A DNA stretch of 61,391 nucleotides, counting the filler, from Platydemus manokwari (lineage: Eukaryota): the NCBI GenBank assembly GCA_037951405.1. It is 6 parts of 6 records of this genome, joined end to end, with 100 filler letters (N's around TTAATTAATTAA, not from the genome) between each part and the next. Parts side by side here need not be neighbours in the genome. Positions count along the whole stretch, not along the records: positions 10,753 to 19,466 come from JBBMOY011361315.1; positions 19,567 to 31,338 come from JBBMOY010472221.1; 4 more parts are not named here. One strand, written 5' to 3'. This document shows, piece after piece, positions 10,753 through 24,699 of the stretch. The translations under genes were made by a program, and so were the position numbers. The notes beneath the pieces are model-generated. The model did not search any database. It saw nothing but the letters and a program-made list of their open reading frames with translations, and had not been told where the DNA came from. How positions within the stretch are numbered: position 1 is the stretch's first letter; the number at the start of each line of letters is the position of its first letter.

Positions 10753-13700
10753 GTACGATTGTTACTTTTCGTAGTCTTTGGACTTTTATTAATAACGATT
10801 ATTATTATTTCACTGGTTTTCACTAACAACGTTTTATATAAGCCTCCTAAGATATATTCAATAATCTGGAAAGATATATTCAAAAACCTTAATAAATCGA
10901 TCTTCATTCACCTCAACATTCAACAACTTATATGAAAATAAGTGTAACAGCTTATATAATGGAATTACTATAATTTTTAATAATATATTAATCTTATCAG
11001 TGATTTTAGCCAAATGAATATTATGAATCTTACACACACTTTGCCAACTAAACTGTTAAGCATGTCATAACTTATATACAATAGACTACCAAGGTTTTAG
11101 GATCATTAGGATAATTAACTTGATTCCAACAGATGAAAGGATGCTGATATATAATCAAATAATATTTGAAATATTGGGTCTATCTGCTGTAGAGCGCAAC
11201 AATTATCGCTACATCCAATCTATCTGACTCCAAAAAGATAGTAGCTGAATACTAAGATTTATTTCTAGAACAAATTTACAACCGTTTGTTCAAAATCACA
11301 AGTAACACAATCATAGGTCCAACCATTATATTCAAGTTCACAATAAATCACGGAACCAGTCCGATCCCGAAGTTTATATATCCTACAAATAAAGTTTATG
11401 CTTAATCCAATATACTGGAAACAATTTCCTAGAATATTTTTACTGAAAATGGAATATTAAATAATATTTAATTAACCTGTTTTCTTTTGAAATATTTCTC
11501 CAGAATAAAATCTTCATGAAATAATCGCAATCAATAATATTCTTGAATTTCTTCTGCTTTCTAGGTGCTTCTGTTAATTTAATAACTGTGGCAATCAACT
11601 ATTGATTGCCTTATATAGAACTTTGCTCACAGCAAAATTCCCTTACCATAATTAGCATGCACTGTCAACTACTATTTTCAATCAGTAACCTCCCACATTA
11701 GAAAGTTATTCTTATTTTTATTTTTTGAATCATGTAAAGAAATCATAATTACTAAATAATTATTTTATATTATTTATTTATTATTTTTACTTAATATTTA
11801 TTTTTATCAATAATATTTTTATCTAAAAATTATTATCCTATTTTAAGTTCTTTTTTAGAATATTAAAATTTATTTTCAGCATTTATCATTTTAACATTAA
11901 TCTCTGTCTTTAAATTTGTTATTTTAATTAATTTTAAACATTAAATTTGTAACTTTTAGATTTTAACTAATTATTGGGTCCTTTCTAAAATATAAATACT
12001 AATTACATATTAATCAATAATAGTTGAAACAAGTCGATAAAATATATTTGATTTACATATATAAAATTTTAGACAACTACCAAACAGATAATAAGTCTAT
12101 TGTGGACGGAAAATAATCTCAAAAGAACAGTAAAAAAATGTGCACCTAGGTGGTCGGACAAGGCTCTATAAAAACGGAAGTGGAGAACCTTCTTATGTGA
12201 TTTCAAAAGACCACAAGGGTAGTGACAGACGAGCGTCTGTAGTTACTTTGATAAAAAATTTACTCATCGTGGTTTTAAAAATGTTCGGAATAATTGAAGT
12301 TGCCCAATGATAATAATAAAAATAAGTTTGGAACCTGTTCAAACAATTTCGTACGATTGAGAATTTGTGGAATTTAATTCACCACAATTTTGTATCAAAT
12401 TTTTGTGACTAAATTTTTTTGAATGACAGAGTGACTGGTTTCATTAATCTATTTATTGTTTTAATTCATTCGATACGTGTATGTGTCAAGCGTCATGTCA
12501 CTATTTTTAGTAACATTATGTTACTATTGTTTGTCTCTAATGTATGAGTTATTTATTAAAACTTTTGTTGTTATTCTATGACGTAATTTCGACTTTAGTT
12601 GAATTTTTTCTTATGACCTTGATATCGATTAAACAAATTTTAATTTTTTTACGCTTTTTAATTTTGTGTTTATCTTATTTTAATTTCAAAAATATTTAAT
12701 ACTCATTGTTTGAGATTATTTGATTACTCGAATGACTTAGGTGGTTTCGCCGAAAACAGATGACCACAATTAATAAATAAAAATATTAAGTAACAATGAA
12801 CAACAAATTATAATTATTTTAAATAATAATTTTATACACTTAAATGTTAGATAACAATGAAGCTTGATTTTTGGTGAAATATCTTTCACAAGATTGAGCA
12901 TTGCTCTATGAATAGCGGAAATTATATATTTATGAATTATAGATGATTTTATAATTACAGTATATTACTACTGGATTTTCCTGTAGAATATTAAGCATGT
13001 ATGGAATTCTAATCTTCCTAAATTACAAATAGTGTTTGGATTTCTTTATGTAACAATTATATGTGCATTAACAATGACTGTTGCCTTATATAGACATCGA
13101 TGAATCACTAGTAGAAATTCTTGTAGAATATATTGTGGCATAGAAATATTCCCTGCAATCAAATTTATTATACTGAGAGATATTCGCTGAAACTAAATTA
13201 ATTCTGTGCGATTATTTTATCGACATCTAGAATCTATTAAGACGTTATTATCCTAATTCTTTAAAAAGTTATTACCATGACAGAAAGCAGAACGGATTGA
13301 AATTCCAATGAATACCCACCGCAGATAAATCGACTAGCACCATGAGATTTGCATATAGCAGATCTGAAGAATATATACACGGCACGTTCTAACTACGTAC
13401 TACAATGGACTTGACTCAAATAAAGAAAATATAAAGATGTTGCAAGCGGAATTAGTAAATTAATGATGTTAGACACATGTCAACTGAGAATAAAAAATCA
13501 ATATATCACATAGGAACATTGAATGTCATTTGGCCAGCAGATAATTTAACATCTCAAGGAGTAAATAGGAAGTAAATGATGGAGTATGCGCAATAGAAAA
13601 CAAAAAAGAAGGGAAACGTATGTTATTACCTATTATATATGTTGTGATGGGATGTTTTATATTGGCTATAACTGGTTCTGGAAGGCTTCAGGAACTCGTA

Positions 13701-14899
13701 TGAGAATGAAGTTATCGGAATAATAGCTTGATCATTTTAACTAATTGAAAAGATTGCTGCAACTAGATTTTAGCTCTTGCTGCTCAAAGTCATACCCAAA
13801 ATGGACCATAAATCACATTTACACCTATGTATTGGCCTAATTCAAAATTCAATAGTTGGCTGATAATATTTTTTAAACGAAGAGTTGAATAATTGCAAAT
13901 AAATAACAAAAATTCATTTAAATTTTCCTACTTCTTTTTGTATTGATTGGCTTACAATTTTCACATTAATATCCATCTGCAAGTGTTAGCAAGTGACTTA
14001 CTCTATTTTGCATTCAATTTTTACATCGATTTATGATATGAGTGATATTTCACTTTTGATCAGTTTGCTGCTATTGATTTTATTTTATTTGCACGAGGCT
14101 TATTTTAGTTGTTTCATATATATTAAATTTCTTTGATTCGCCCGACAATTTTGATTAATCAATTCCACGCACCATGTTACTATTTTAAATTATTTTTCAG
14201 TTTCATAGACACGGTTTTTTTCCATTTTTACACGTCTGTATTTCTCATTTATCTCGTTTTAAATTATCCTTAATTGTCTTTTTCTTATTTATTCTGCTTT
14301 ATTGTTATGATCACGATAATAATAATTATTAATGTTATTACTTTATTTTATTTTTCATATTTATTACTAATCATTCATTAATTTTTTTAATAATTTCATA
14401 TTTTCCATATTTATTTATTTAAATTTGTTTTATCTTTTTCTCTTTAAATTCATTGCACTTTTGTTCTTTCTTATTCTTTGAATTATATAATAAGCTTAAT
14501 TTGACGTCGCTGTTTTTCCCTTGGTTTTTTCCAAATTAACAATAACGCAATCACTAATAAAGATCATTATCTAGTCATGGTCACTATTTTCATCAAGTCT
14601 ACATTGGATATCATAAAGCCGTTTTGTAATTACAATGATAGAAATTAAATTCAAAATACAGTATTATTCAACATCAAAACAAAATAAAAAATTGAATGCT
14701 CGTAGCACATGATAAATGAGTTAAATATAGAATTGGATAAATGTCTGCTAGAATGAAAGCAAAATAAATGTTTAAATATTCAAATATTATTTTTGTAATT
14801 TGGGAATATTGGGGTGATTGTTTACGTTGATTGATAGGAATATGGTTGAACTATTGAGATGCTACTTATTAATAAGAATTTGTAAGAATGTGGAAACTC

Positions 14900-15040
14900 T
14901 GATTTAATGAAGATGCATATTAAACGTGATTGATTTGATAATATTTGCTGCAAGATGTTTTGGAATTACTGTATATTGATTTCGTGTGTTGTTGACTTAG
15001 GATTTTAAGGTGAGATTTAACGTTAATTTGTTGCATAATA
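14900..15040 (+). mobile_element. Possible CR1/L2-type LINE 3' remnant
   Basis: Frameshifted KMFWN...DFR...FKVRFNVNLL resembles the WN.LP..IR..FK..LK..LL tail. Confidence 0.3.
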
Positions 15041-15209
15041 TTTTTGAGACTTCCATAAAAAGAGTAACATTGATAATGAAATCATAAAAGAAGTAACTGA
15101 TCTATTTTAATTCAGGAAAATAAACACAACGTTATATAATGTTCCAAGAAAAAGAATAATTTCAGAAAAATTAGAAAATAGAGGAAAGCAAATGAGCATG
15201 AAAATAGGA

Positions 15210-15720
15210 ATCATTAGATGCATAATTCTGGAAATTTATGTCATAAGTTGGATAGTAAATGCAATAATAATGGGAGCAAGATGATCAAAAATGGAATCAA
15301 CATCGAGTATTAAGTCATGGATTAATGGAAAGACACTAACTACAAAACGATGACTCATTAAAACAGGAATTAATTTTTAATTAGTAATTAATATACGGAT
15401 ATACTAATTTAATAACAAGCAAGCGAATATGTGACGAGAAAACCTAAAAGTAAATATTAAAGAGATAAAAAAAGGCAAGAATAGTTCAAATTTTTTCAAG
15501 AAAACGATGGATTTACAGATATAAGACTGATATAAGAATCAATATAGATGTTAAGAGAAGCAGTTATGATAACTCACCAAATATAAGGCAAAATTAATAA
15601 TAACACAAAGGATATATGAAAAATAACAGATAAAGAATTATTATGACAGAAATAATACAATCAAGTTTCCAGTAATTAAAGGTTAGCCATAAGGAATCCC
15701 AAATTCATAATTAATATAAT
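15210..15720 (+). mobile_element. Highly decayed LTR-retrotransposon gag/protease remnant
   Basis: Broken zinc knuckle (IRC.NSGNLCHK...C), then IKSWINGK...KTG (protease-like), then PVIKG*P*GIP (resembles Gypsy PI.Q.PYRIP). Confidence 0.3.
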
Positions 15721-16279
15721 CATTGTCATTCACCACCCTTTTAGGAATAATTTGGGACTGAAGTTAATAAAATTGAAATAGATCAAGTTGAGACAGTAAT
15801 TGATACAATAAACAAATTAAAATATAAAAAATGGTTACCTACACCATTTCACTTATCTCCATATAAGTTGAGAATGTCGAGGAGAAATAATAGCATTAAA
15901 CTAAGGTCAAAATAGTACTTGAGGGTCAAAACGGGCTCCGAGAAATGAATAAGCGGTAGATATCGATCAAGTCAAATAAGAAATAATTATAAGAATAAAA
16001 AGCAATGACCCCAAAACGTATCACAATGTAAGAGCTTACTTTTTACCTTAAATTTTACCCCAACTGCACTTAAGATTGATTACTGGATAAATTGGACAAG
16101 TTTTTATATTTGCTTCTTGTTTGATATTTTAATGTTTGATGATTTTTGGGGTTTATGGTTTTCTTTAATTTTAATTTCAAAGTTTGAATTTTTATTCGCT
16201 TTGGCAATAAATGAGTTTAACCAGCTCTCTGAGTCCTTATGGCCCAAAAGTAATCAATAAACCTGATATTTTTGATATT

Positions 16280-16660
16280 CCTTCGCCCCGATAACACTAA
16301 TCCACGTATGAAGACGGGATGGGTGAATCTAGATTTTATAGCTTTTAATATGGGAATACAGTTCGTATTCTCGATACAAATAGATTAATTGAACAACAAT
16401 TTAGAACAATAAGGAACTATATAATTGAGACAATAAATTAAATGCAATACAAATTGAATTTTAAAACAATCAGGGATTTAAAACACAATTAACGGGAGAC
16501 CAGGTAGAGGTTAAGTTAGGAAGAAAAATAGAGAGTTAATAAATTTAAAGAAATGTTGAGAGATGTTGGAAATAACTAATCGAAGATTCTGAACAGGTGA
16601 CAAAATATTCGCGAAGAAATTATGAACAAAAGATCAAGAAAAATTTGAAAGCCCTTATTA
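16280..16660 (+). mobile_element. Ty3/Gypsy integrase C-terminal remnant
   Basis: FA.NTNP.MKTG, YGNTVRILD and NRRF*TGDKIFAKKL*TKDQEKFESPY match FAYNT..H..TG, YGR.PR and the F..GD.V...KF.GPY module, in order. Confidence 0.55.
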
Positions 16661-19466
16661 AGCTAAAGGAAAGAACTATGAATGAAATGATCGGTGACAA
16701 AGTGATAAAAGTATAGTGATTTCAAGAAAAAATATTCTGTATTTCTTTATGGTTAATTTTGACAATATTCGTGTTATTTTGACAGTCTTTTTGGTCAGTT
16801 GTATAACGAAATTTAAATTGGATTACCTTAGATATAATTTTAAATTCGATAAGCCTTTTATTTTCAATCTACTTTAATTCATCTTCATTTTATCTACCAA
16901 AGTCTCCCAAAGAAGCAGCTAAACATTTTAAAACCACACCAACATAACAAATTATTTATTTAATTATTTCAAAAATATTATTAATTCTCACTTCAGCTTA
17001 AAAGTGAATTTTATCATTTATTCTACTCTGAACTTCTAACTTTATATATCCCTTTATTTTTAATCGTTTACTTAGATCATCTTCACAAACCTTTCTTTAA
17101 CTCTAGTTATAACTTTTATAATAATCCTAATAAACACAGAATTAATTCAAACTACATTTCATTTTACAGAAAACAATTCATTTCAATTGCATCATTTTCA
17201 AGCCAGGGCGTAATTATCGTGTCAAAAGATCATGAAAATCTCAGTTAATTCTTATTATAGTGTGCAACTTAATTTATCTAAAACATGAAAATTGTTCAAT
17301 TAAGATTTCATAATTTGAAATGATGTATTATCCATCCACTTTAGAATTACTCCATCTTCTATTTATATAATATATAATATTAAATATAATAATTTTCATA
17401 ATTATAATCTGATATATTTTGTTTATTTATTTCTGCTCTTACTTTGATTTACTCAAATATTGCCACCTTTATTACAACAATATAAAAGCAACTGCATCAT
17501 CCAATAATTTAACTAAATAATGTAGTTTTGTTTTCAACTAGAATTTGCAAAGTTACGTAGTTAATTTAAGGTATATAATTTGTTACGATTTTAATATAAT
17601 ATTTGGGTTGAAATTCTACTGCTTGTAAAATTTGTACACAACAATGCTCATTCAATGGGCAACTATGACAACTTGTTGTATAATAAAAACATTCAAGTGT
17701 GTGGAGATTTATCTTTGTTTCCCTTTTGTAAAAGATGGGTATGCCAGAAACACAGACTTAGGCACACAGTTTTTTAATTGCAAGTTTGTATTTAAGATTA
17801 TTTTAAAGTTTCCATATCTTTGTTTGTCAGATAAGTTGTTAATTTTAATTATTTTTAAGTGAGTATTTTTTAAATTTTTATAATTAGGTTAAATGATACG
17901 AAACAAGATACAAAATTTTTAAACAATAATCTGAAATTTGGCACTTAAGGAATCGTCACCAGATAATTTATTACTGTGACATTTCTTGGTGTCTATTATC
18001 AGACATTGGCAAACGTCGTGAATATAAGGTTATTAGTTTTCTTGAAATTGTAGTCTTTCAATTTGTTTTAAATATTATTTTATCTAGCAATTTAATTTTT
18101 TCGTAATCTTATTAAGTTAAAAAATTTTTATTTGACAGTGAATTTATTCCTGAAATTTTGATTATTAATCAATTTAACTTAAATAATTCTTAAAACTTGT
18201 TCATTTTAAATAATTAATTAAAATTTGCACTTTTTATTGATCAAGTACAGTTTGTTATTATTAGTTCTTGTCCTTAGTACGCTTGGATTAATATATCTTC
18301 ACAAAAACTTCATTTTGTTTTAAACATTTAAAATAATCCCCTGATTTACAATACATCTACGATTACCAAATCAACGAAACATGGCCTATATTATAAAATC
18401 ATTTACTGGGTTTGTGTTATTAAATTTATGATTTGACATAAGTGGCTTCAATAGTTTGTGAGATTATGTAACTATTGGTACTTTTTAAAATGTGTTAGTT
18501 TCAAATTAAGCTTTATGAGACTGATTGCTGAGCAACAGATTCAATATGCCTGCAAATCAATAAATGAATTGAATTTCAACTCCTTTAGTCTAAACTCAAA
18601 GGTTAATTCTGATAAAGTTTTATTTATGGGCCTTTATTTCACCTATTGGCTCTATTCGTCAGACCATACTTCCTTGTCGTGGTCTGAAATCCTGCCATTT
18701 TCGTGTCCTTATTTTTCTTTTTCCAATACACCATATGATAAAATGGTGATGGTCATTTTTCATCCTCTGATGCACTCTCAGTTTCAGTATCTGAATACAG
18801 CACAAGTATGTCCATATTTTCCCAACACATATTTCAACCTCCCCACTTTTCCTTGCTAGAATATAACATAATTATTAAAGCATCATTCACTATTAATGTA
18901 TTCAAAATATATTCTTAATATCTACTATTTTCGAATGCAAAATCATTGAAAAATTCAAATCAAAATGTTTATTGAAAGATTACCTAAAATATTTTTAAAA
19001 AGTGATAATTCAATAAAAAGAATGTTTTAGTCGACATCAAAAGATAAACCAAGTATAAAGACATTAACAAAGTGAATGTTTTTGCTCAAATGTTAATTTC
19101 GTTGTTTGCGTTTTATATTGTTTGACTGAATTGTTATGGTTAATTTGCAAATTTTATAGAATCGACTAAGATTTGATAATGCTGGATTAATAGTTATTAA
19201 TTTAAAATAAAGTTGTTTTAACATCTTTTGTTGAAATTTTAAATAACTATTCGATACAAATTTATATATCGTTGATGCTCTTTATGTGTGAAGCCTTAAA
19301 AGACATTAAGAATGAAATATAAATCTAAGTTCTATCTAGTTCATGATCTACTTGTGATTTTGATTCTTGTAATCAAACCTTAATTTTTTTCGGTACTATA
19401 CGGTTATCGCTGTACATATTTTTAATCTTTTTAAATTCATTATTGATTTCTTTATCTTTATTGATT

Positions 19467-19566
19467 NNNNNNNNNNNNNNNNNNNNNNNNNNNNNNNNNN
19501 NNNNNNNNNNTTAATTAATTAANNNNNNNNNNNNNNNNNNNNNNNNNNNNNNNNNNNNNNNNNNNN
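19467..19566. other. Artificial contig spacer
   Basis: N run + TTAATTAATTAA + N run, about 100 bp. Confidence 0.97.
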
Positions 19567-19641
19567 GAGCGTCATAAAAAGAAGTCGTTCTTGCATCGAA
19601 TCGTTACTGGCGATGAAAAATGGATTCATTACGACAACCCG
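19567..19641 (+). mobile_element. Mariner transposase fragment (first catalytic Asp motif)
   Basis: Translates as ERHKKKSFLHRIVTGDEKWIHYDNP, the Mos1-like FLHRIVTGDEKW motif; starts at the contig edge and ends abruptly. Confidence 0.93.
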
Positions 19642-21558
19642 ACAGCCCAAAAATTATTTATTTTAACAAAATAGATACATGAATTTCATTAATTAAATAA
19701 GAAAATGCTGTTGCAATAATCGCATGAGAAATATAATATAAAATGAAGAAATAATTTTAAAATTTCGAAAATAAAAATCATTACATTTCTAAGATTTATG
19801 GAAACACTAATCATAGTACTTGAATGAAAAGAACTTTGCCACCATGAAAATAGTATAAATAGTGAGTTAATTCAGTAAGATGGGAGAACTGAAATTGATA
19901 AACCAACTTATAGTCTTAGGAAAAGTCTTGTGAATTATTCGTGGAAGTGAAATTTGAAAGAATATTAAAGTCTTAATCGAATTTGAATATGTATTAAAAA
20001 GCACGAGTAAAAGGTGTAAATAAATTATTTTTATTTATATCAATATTTTAAAAATTATATTCAATAATATGAAGTGTTGAAGAGGTTGATTGTTCTCTAA
20101 TCAATCTCAATCTTGTAATCTCTAATCTATGTCATTTCTTTTTTCCTTATTAATCTTGTAATAAGTGTTTGAAACAAGTTTTATAATTTACTACCGATCA
20201 AATAAGAGTGTTCATATTTGTTTGTCTTGAGATCCAAAAGAGTCAAAGGTGGTAATTTATATTTAATGGAATCATGCTAATCAGTACGCACAGAAGTGAC
20301 TCTAAAATTCAACAAAAACTCCATAAATCAATATAAAACAATGACATAAAACTCGGCTTTCAATTGGTAGGTGGACATCTTTGCATCAGTATTTATACAT
20401 GAGATATGTGTAATCTGTGTAGTGCGTTTTATATGATCTTTTATTTCTCAAGTTCCAATTGGTTTTTTTTATTTTGTGTACACGGGATTGGTCAATCCCT
20501 ACTGTTTTTATAGAATTAGAAATTTCCATTTAAGTCTTCTGTGAATAGTTGGTTACTATACTTGTATTATTGTGCGGGCATGCAGATGCTTAAAGTGCCA
20601 AAATAAGAGTTTGAAGGTGCAAAGTTGTTTATATCCGAGATTTCGCAAAAACCAATGATGATTTTACTCAAGAATCAGTAATTAATAATTTATCGATTTT
20701 ATTTATTCAAAAAATCGTCTAATAGATGTCGTTAGTAATAAAAATTATGTACCAAACATTATCTATAATTATATATTAAATAAACTTGAACAAAATTACT
20801 AATAGAGAGATTTTCTTCCACGGAAAAGTTAATATGACTCGTAACGATGAAAATGGTATAACAAACCTACAGGTGAATTAAGGAGATTAATTAAACTCAA
20901 GCGATGATATTTGTTCATTGTATTATGGTACTATTCGACCTTGTAAAAAATGACAACACTATCGGCATCGGAAAGTCAAATGGAAAATAATGGTCTGTGA
21001 TAATTTTGATTTGTCTAAATCAATTATTGATAATAAATAAAATATCTTGGAAATTTCACATTTAACTTACATTCAATGATAACCTGATATCATTTATTGA
21101 ATGGTACCCTTGAGAAATATTTATCACATATGGTAGTTGTGGTATGAAATGAATGAGCTGAATGATATGACATTCACCAATCCATCATCATTTTATACAT
21201 TTTAATTGAGTTCTGGAACGCCGTATCGATTCTAGAAATGCTGCTACTGATATTGTTAACTCGGGAATTAATTGATTTATTGTTTATTAACATAATGCCG
21301 ATTCGAGACTAATCATTTGGTATCGTTAGGAAGAAGTAAGTAATTATTCGTAGTGGATCATTGTGGATTAATTTATTATCCATTACGGAATGCCGACAAC
21401 CAGAGCTGTCTCGGAAATTAATTAATTCACCACTTGTGAGAAATAGAGTCAGCTTGTTACTAGTTGGAATTTAGTCAGAGAAAGCCTCCTATAAAAGAAG
21501 GTTATTTTATTTATTTATTTATTTTTACTAATACTATTTACGGTAGCAAGATATTCAT

Positions 21559-22110
21559 GTGGCATTCCGTTTCTGTTTACATGAAAAACTTGTTTTTCGC
21601 TATTGTTGGGTATCGATTCATATTCCAATGAATTATATGGTAATCAACAGAAAATCTTTAATTAGATCAATCACGATTCGATCACCGTACTCATACGAGA
21701 ATTTTAAAACTTCAAATAATATGAAAAAAGCGTGTGGAAATCAGGATTATCTGAAAATCAAAAAACTCGAAACCGATCTCATTTTGACATTGGACAATTC
21801 TATTCAACGTCAGTACAACATAAATTCCAAATCCATCACTAATCAAACTTTAGAATTCACCGAAATCAGTATCATGAAATACGAGAATTGAATCGATAAA
21901 ATTACCGAGAAATTATAATTCAATATCAGAATTCAATATTTCAATTCAAAATACGCCCATCAAACAATACCATTATTTTCAATATTTTGATATTGTTCAA
22001 AAAATCCACAATTAATATCGCAAGTTGTTACCGATTTCATACGTGATCGATTTCAAAAATAACCTTCGCTCAGAAAATGTTGATTGAGATTTTCGATTTT
22101 CTGGAAATTT
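21559..22110 (+). pseudogene. Possible decayed coding sequence of unknown identity
   Basis: 110-codon ORF that continues in frame through scattered stops (...PQLISQVVTDFIRDRFQK*), with TCGA/CGAT-rich composition like the real genes here. No homology recognised. Confidence 0.25.
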
Positions 22111-23470
22111 TCGAAAAGAAATCACTAAATTTCTATTTGTTTCAAAATTTGAAAAAGTGAGTTGTTTTCGCTGTTGTCATTGAATAATAAATTATTATTT
22201 TTATTTAAATGAATGCAGCAAAAATATCGATTTAAAATTTTGTTTTATTCAGTTTCATTATCTATTGATTTGATAATTATTTATATTATTGATCAATCCA
22301 CGATAACAAATTTCGTTGTTAATATTAATTAATTAAGATATTAATTCGACAATGTATACGAATTAAGACTTGCAAGAGTCTTTATATACAGAGTGGATGG
22401 CATAGCATTCCCATCATATTGATCTCTCATGACATTGATATTTGAAATATGATCAATATTAAATTCTGAAGTATTATGATTTTTCTTTGACAACAATTTT
22501 TATATCTTTCTGTTTAATTATATGTGGGTTTTATTCGAATTAAAGAGAATTTTACCTATCTATACACATGATGTTTCTATTCGAGCTAATAATAATTGTT
22601 TATGAACGAAATTTTTGTATTTTTGGAAATTATTAACCTTGAGGAAAATTTTAACTGTTATACTAATGATAATATTTCTATTCCATCATTTATGGGTGGC
22701 TCTTATATTAAATGTCACTTTATTCGAATCAAGTACTTTGTTCCACTTTTCAGTTAGGTTTTTATTGATCATTATTACTTTCTATCATTGCCAATATTTT
22801 TAACGTTCTTTTGAAATTTTCTAAACATACTGTAGATCGAAAAAAATGTGTCTAAGATGGTGTTATCGTCAAAGTAAAGGAAAAAACCATTGTTTATGCC
22901 AACCGACTATTTTCATTGTAATTTCCACAAATACGCACAACTATTCATAAATTATTAGCAACTCCTATCTCTCGTTGCAAGAAAAATTCCAAGATATTGC
23001 TCATTTTAGTTACAATCTCCATAGAAATTACTGCTACTTGTTCTGTGCTTATTTTGAGTATTTCGTATATGTCGCTTATTTCTTCCCGATGTAGTACTTC
23101 TTGCTTGTCGACATCCTGTGCAATGATTGCACATCATTACTATCGTGCTCTCTATTGATTAAGATTTATATTTCTCTGGAGCATTCTGGATGTTCAGTGC
23201 ATACTCTTCAATTTTCTTAGATGATAATCCTGTAGAGTTATTTTCCTCTTTAAGGGTCTTCCGGGTTTTCTGATGCAGAGCAGTTTTCGATAATTTTGTA
23301 CAATGATCTCACGGCCTTGCCATCCTCTAAGGCAGAGTGAATTCCTTTCTGGTTATCCAGGTTGGCAATTTATTTTGCTAATGCTTGTAATTTGAAGTAT
23401 TGCCAGTTGACTTTGGCTCAAATGTTGAGATGCCTAAACAGGAAAGCTGCGACCAAATCTCGAACTTCCA

Positions 23471-24080
23471 TTAATTGATTGGCTCTTAATGATAGACATT
23501 TTTCTCTTGATGTTATTCTAGCATCCACCAATAGCTTCCTATCATAATTCACTACCTTCACAGTCAATCGAGATATGCAGTCATTTGCATTCCCGGCTGT
23601 GAATTCTCGATTCCATTCCGACTCAATTTCATTCTCACGAAAGATATCCTGTGCTTCAAATCTTCTACCGTTGGATTATATTCCATGTTTGGAATTCATT
23701 GAGGTGGCCCTATTTCTCTTGAATTGTATCCTTCAACTGGTTATCCATGAACTTCATTGTTATCCGCATAAGTGTGTTTGCTGCTCTGATTCGAGTATTC
23801 CAGTTTTCTACTTGTATTTCTCACGAGGTTCCCAAATACTCTTCCATGGCAACTCATAAATTCTTCACTTTTAGAAAGTATTTGAATTTACCATTTTCCC
23901 TATTTAAAATGCTTGCGGAACTCTGCTAGTATGATTTGATTCTTTCTAGTAATCTCTGTTGAATGTACTTGCATCTTCGAATATGTTCTTCAAAAATTGT
24001 AGTTTGTGATTTCTTCGTTTTTTGTCATGCTGACCATCGATTCCGTTTGTGAGGTCGGCTGCTGAAGAGCTCCATAGCAT
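23471..24080 (-). repeat. Unclassified coding repeat family, longest copy (coding-like sequence may extend to about 22970)
   Basis: Aligns with 41696-42179, including the shared 18-mer GGAATACTCGAATCAGAG; peptide KMQVHSTEITRKNQIILAEFRKHFK*GKW*IQILSKSEEF...RNTSRKLEYSNQS. Confidence 0.8.
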
Positions 24081-24474
24081 TTAATTGATCTTTTTTAGTG
24101 CTGGCGAATGATAGATGTTTGTTTTAAAAATAATTGGTAAGTTTGAATTTGTTAATTTTTTCAAGTCTTTCATACTTGATGTGCTTGTTTTTGGAGTGTG
24201 TGCATGCATGAATACGTATTGAATGTGTGTAATTAATCAGTATTGTCAACTGCCAGTATCCAGCTTTCAATTTCAACCCAAAATTAAATATCATAAAATA
24301 CATATCATGGTACAACATCATTGGTCAATGATTGTTATAAGAAAATTACTTGTCAGCAATTATAATAAAATAATTTTAACAATACTGCTACAGTATAATA
24401 AATGAACACAAATATGTCAAATGAGGTATATACAATGAATTTTCAATTGTGTCTCACTTTTATACCCAAGTTGC

Positions 24475-24565
24475 TTGACCACTGACCCCTGCGGTATATT
24501 GTCTATGAGCTTGGTCAAACGAAAACTTGACGGTTAGAGCGGATATCAAAAGCATAGCCATCGAT
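24475..24565 (-). mobile_element. Possible non-LTR reverse transcriptase fragment
   Basis: SNRQVFV followed after a frameshift by IPQGSVV, resembling L.NR.Q.V...GVPQGSVL. Confidence 0.35.
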
Positions 24566-24699
24566 ACTGACTGAGACTGCAATTGAATGTCTGCAAATTG
24601 AGTTCCCATTCAGGTTGTGATTGCCTCCAGTATTCAATTTTCAGTTTATATTTCTTTTCTTTGATTAGGTTTTCGAATTTTCCTTATGATTGATTCTAA

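Noticed and set aside
13270-13710. Env-like remnant ending in a hydrophobic stretch (similar impression at 31440-31940)
   Set aside because: Many stops and no diagnostic motif.
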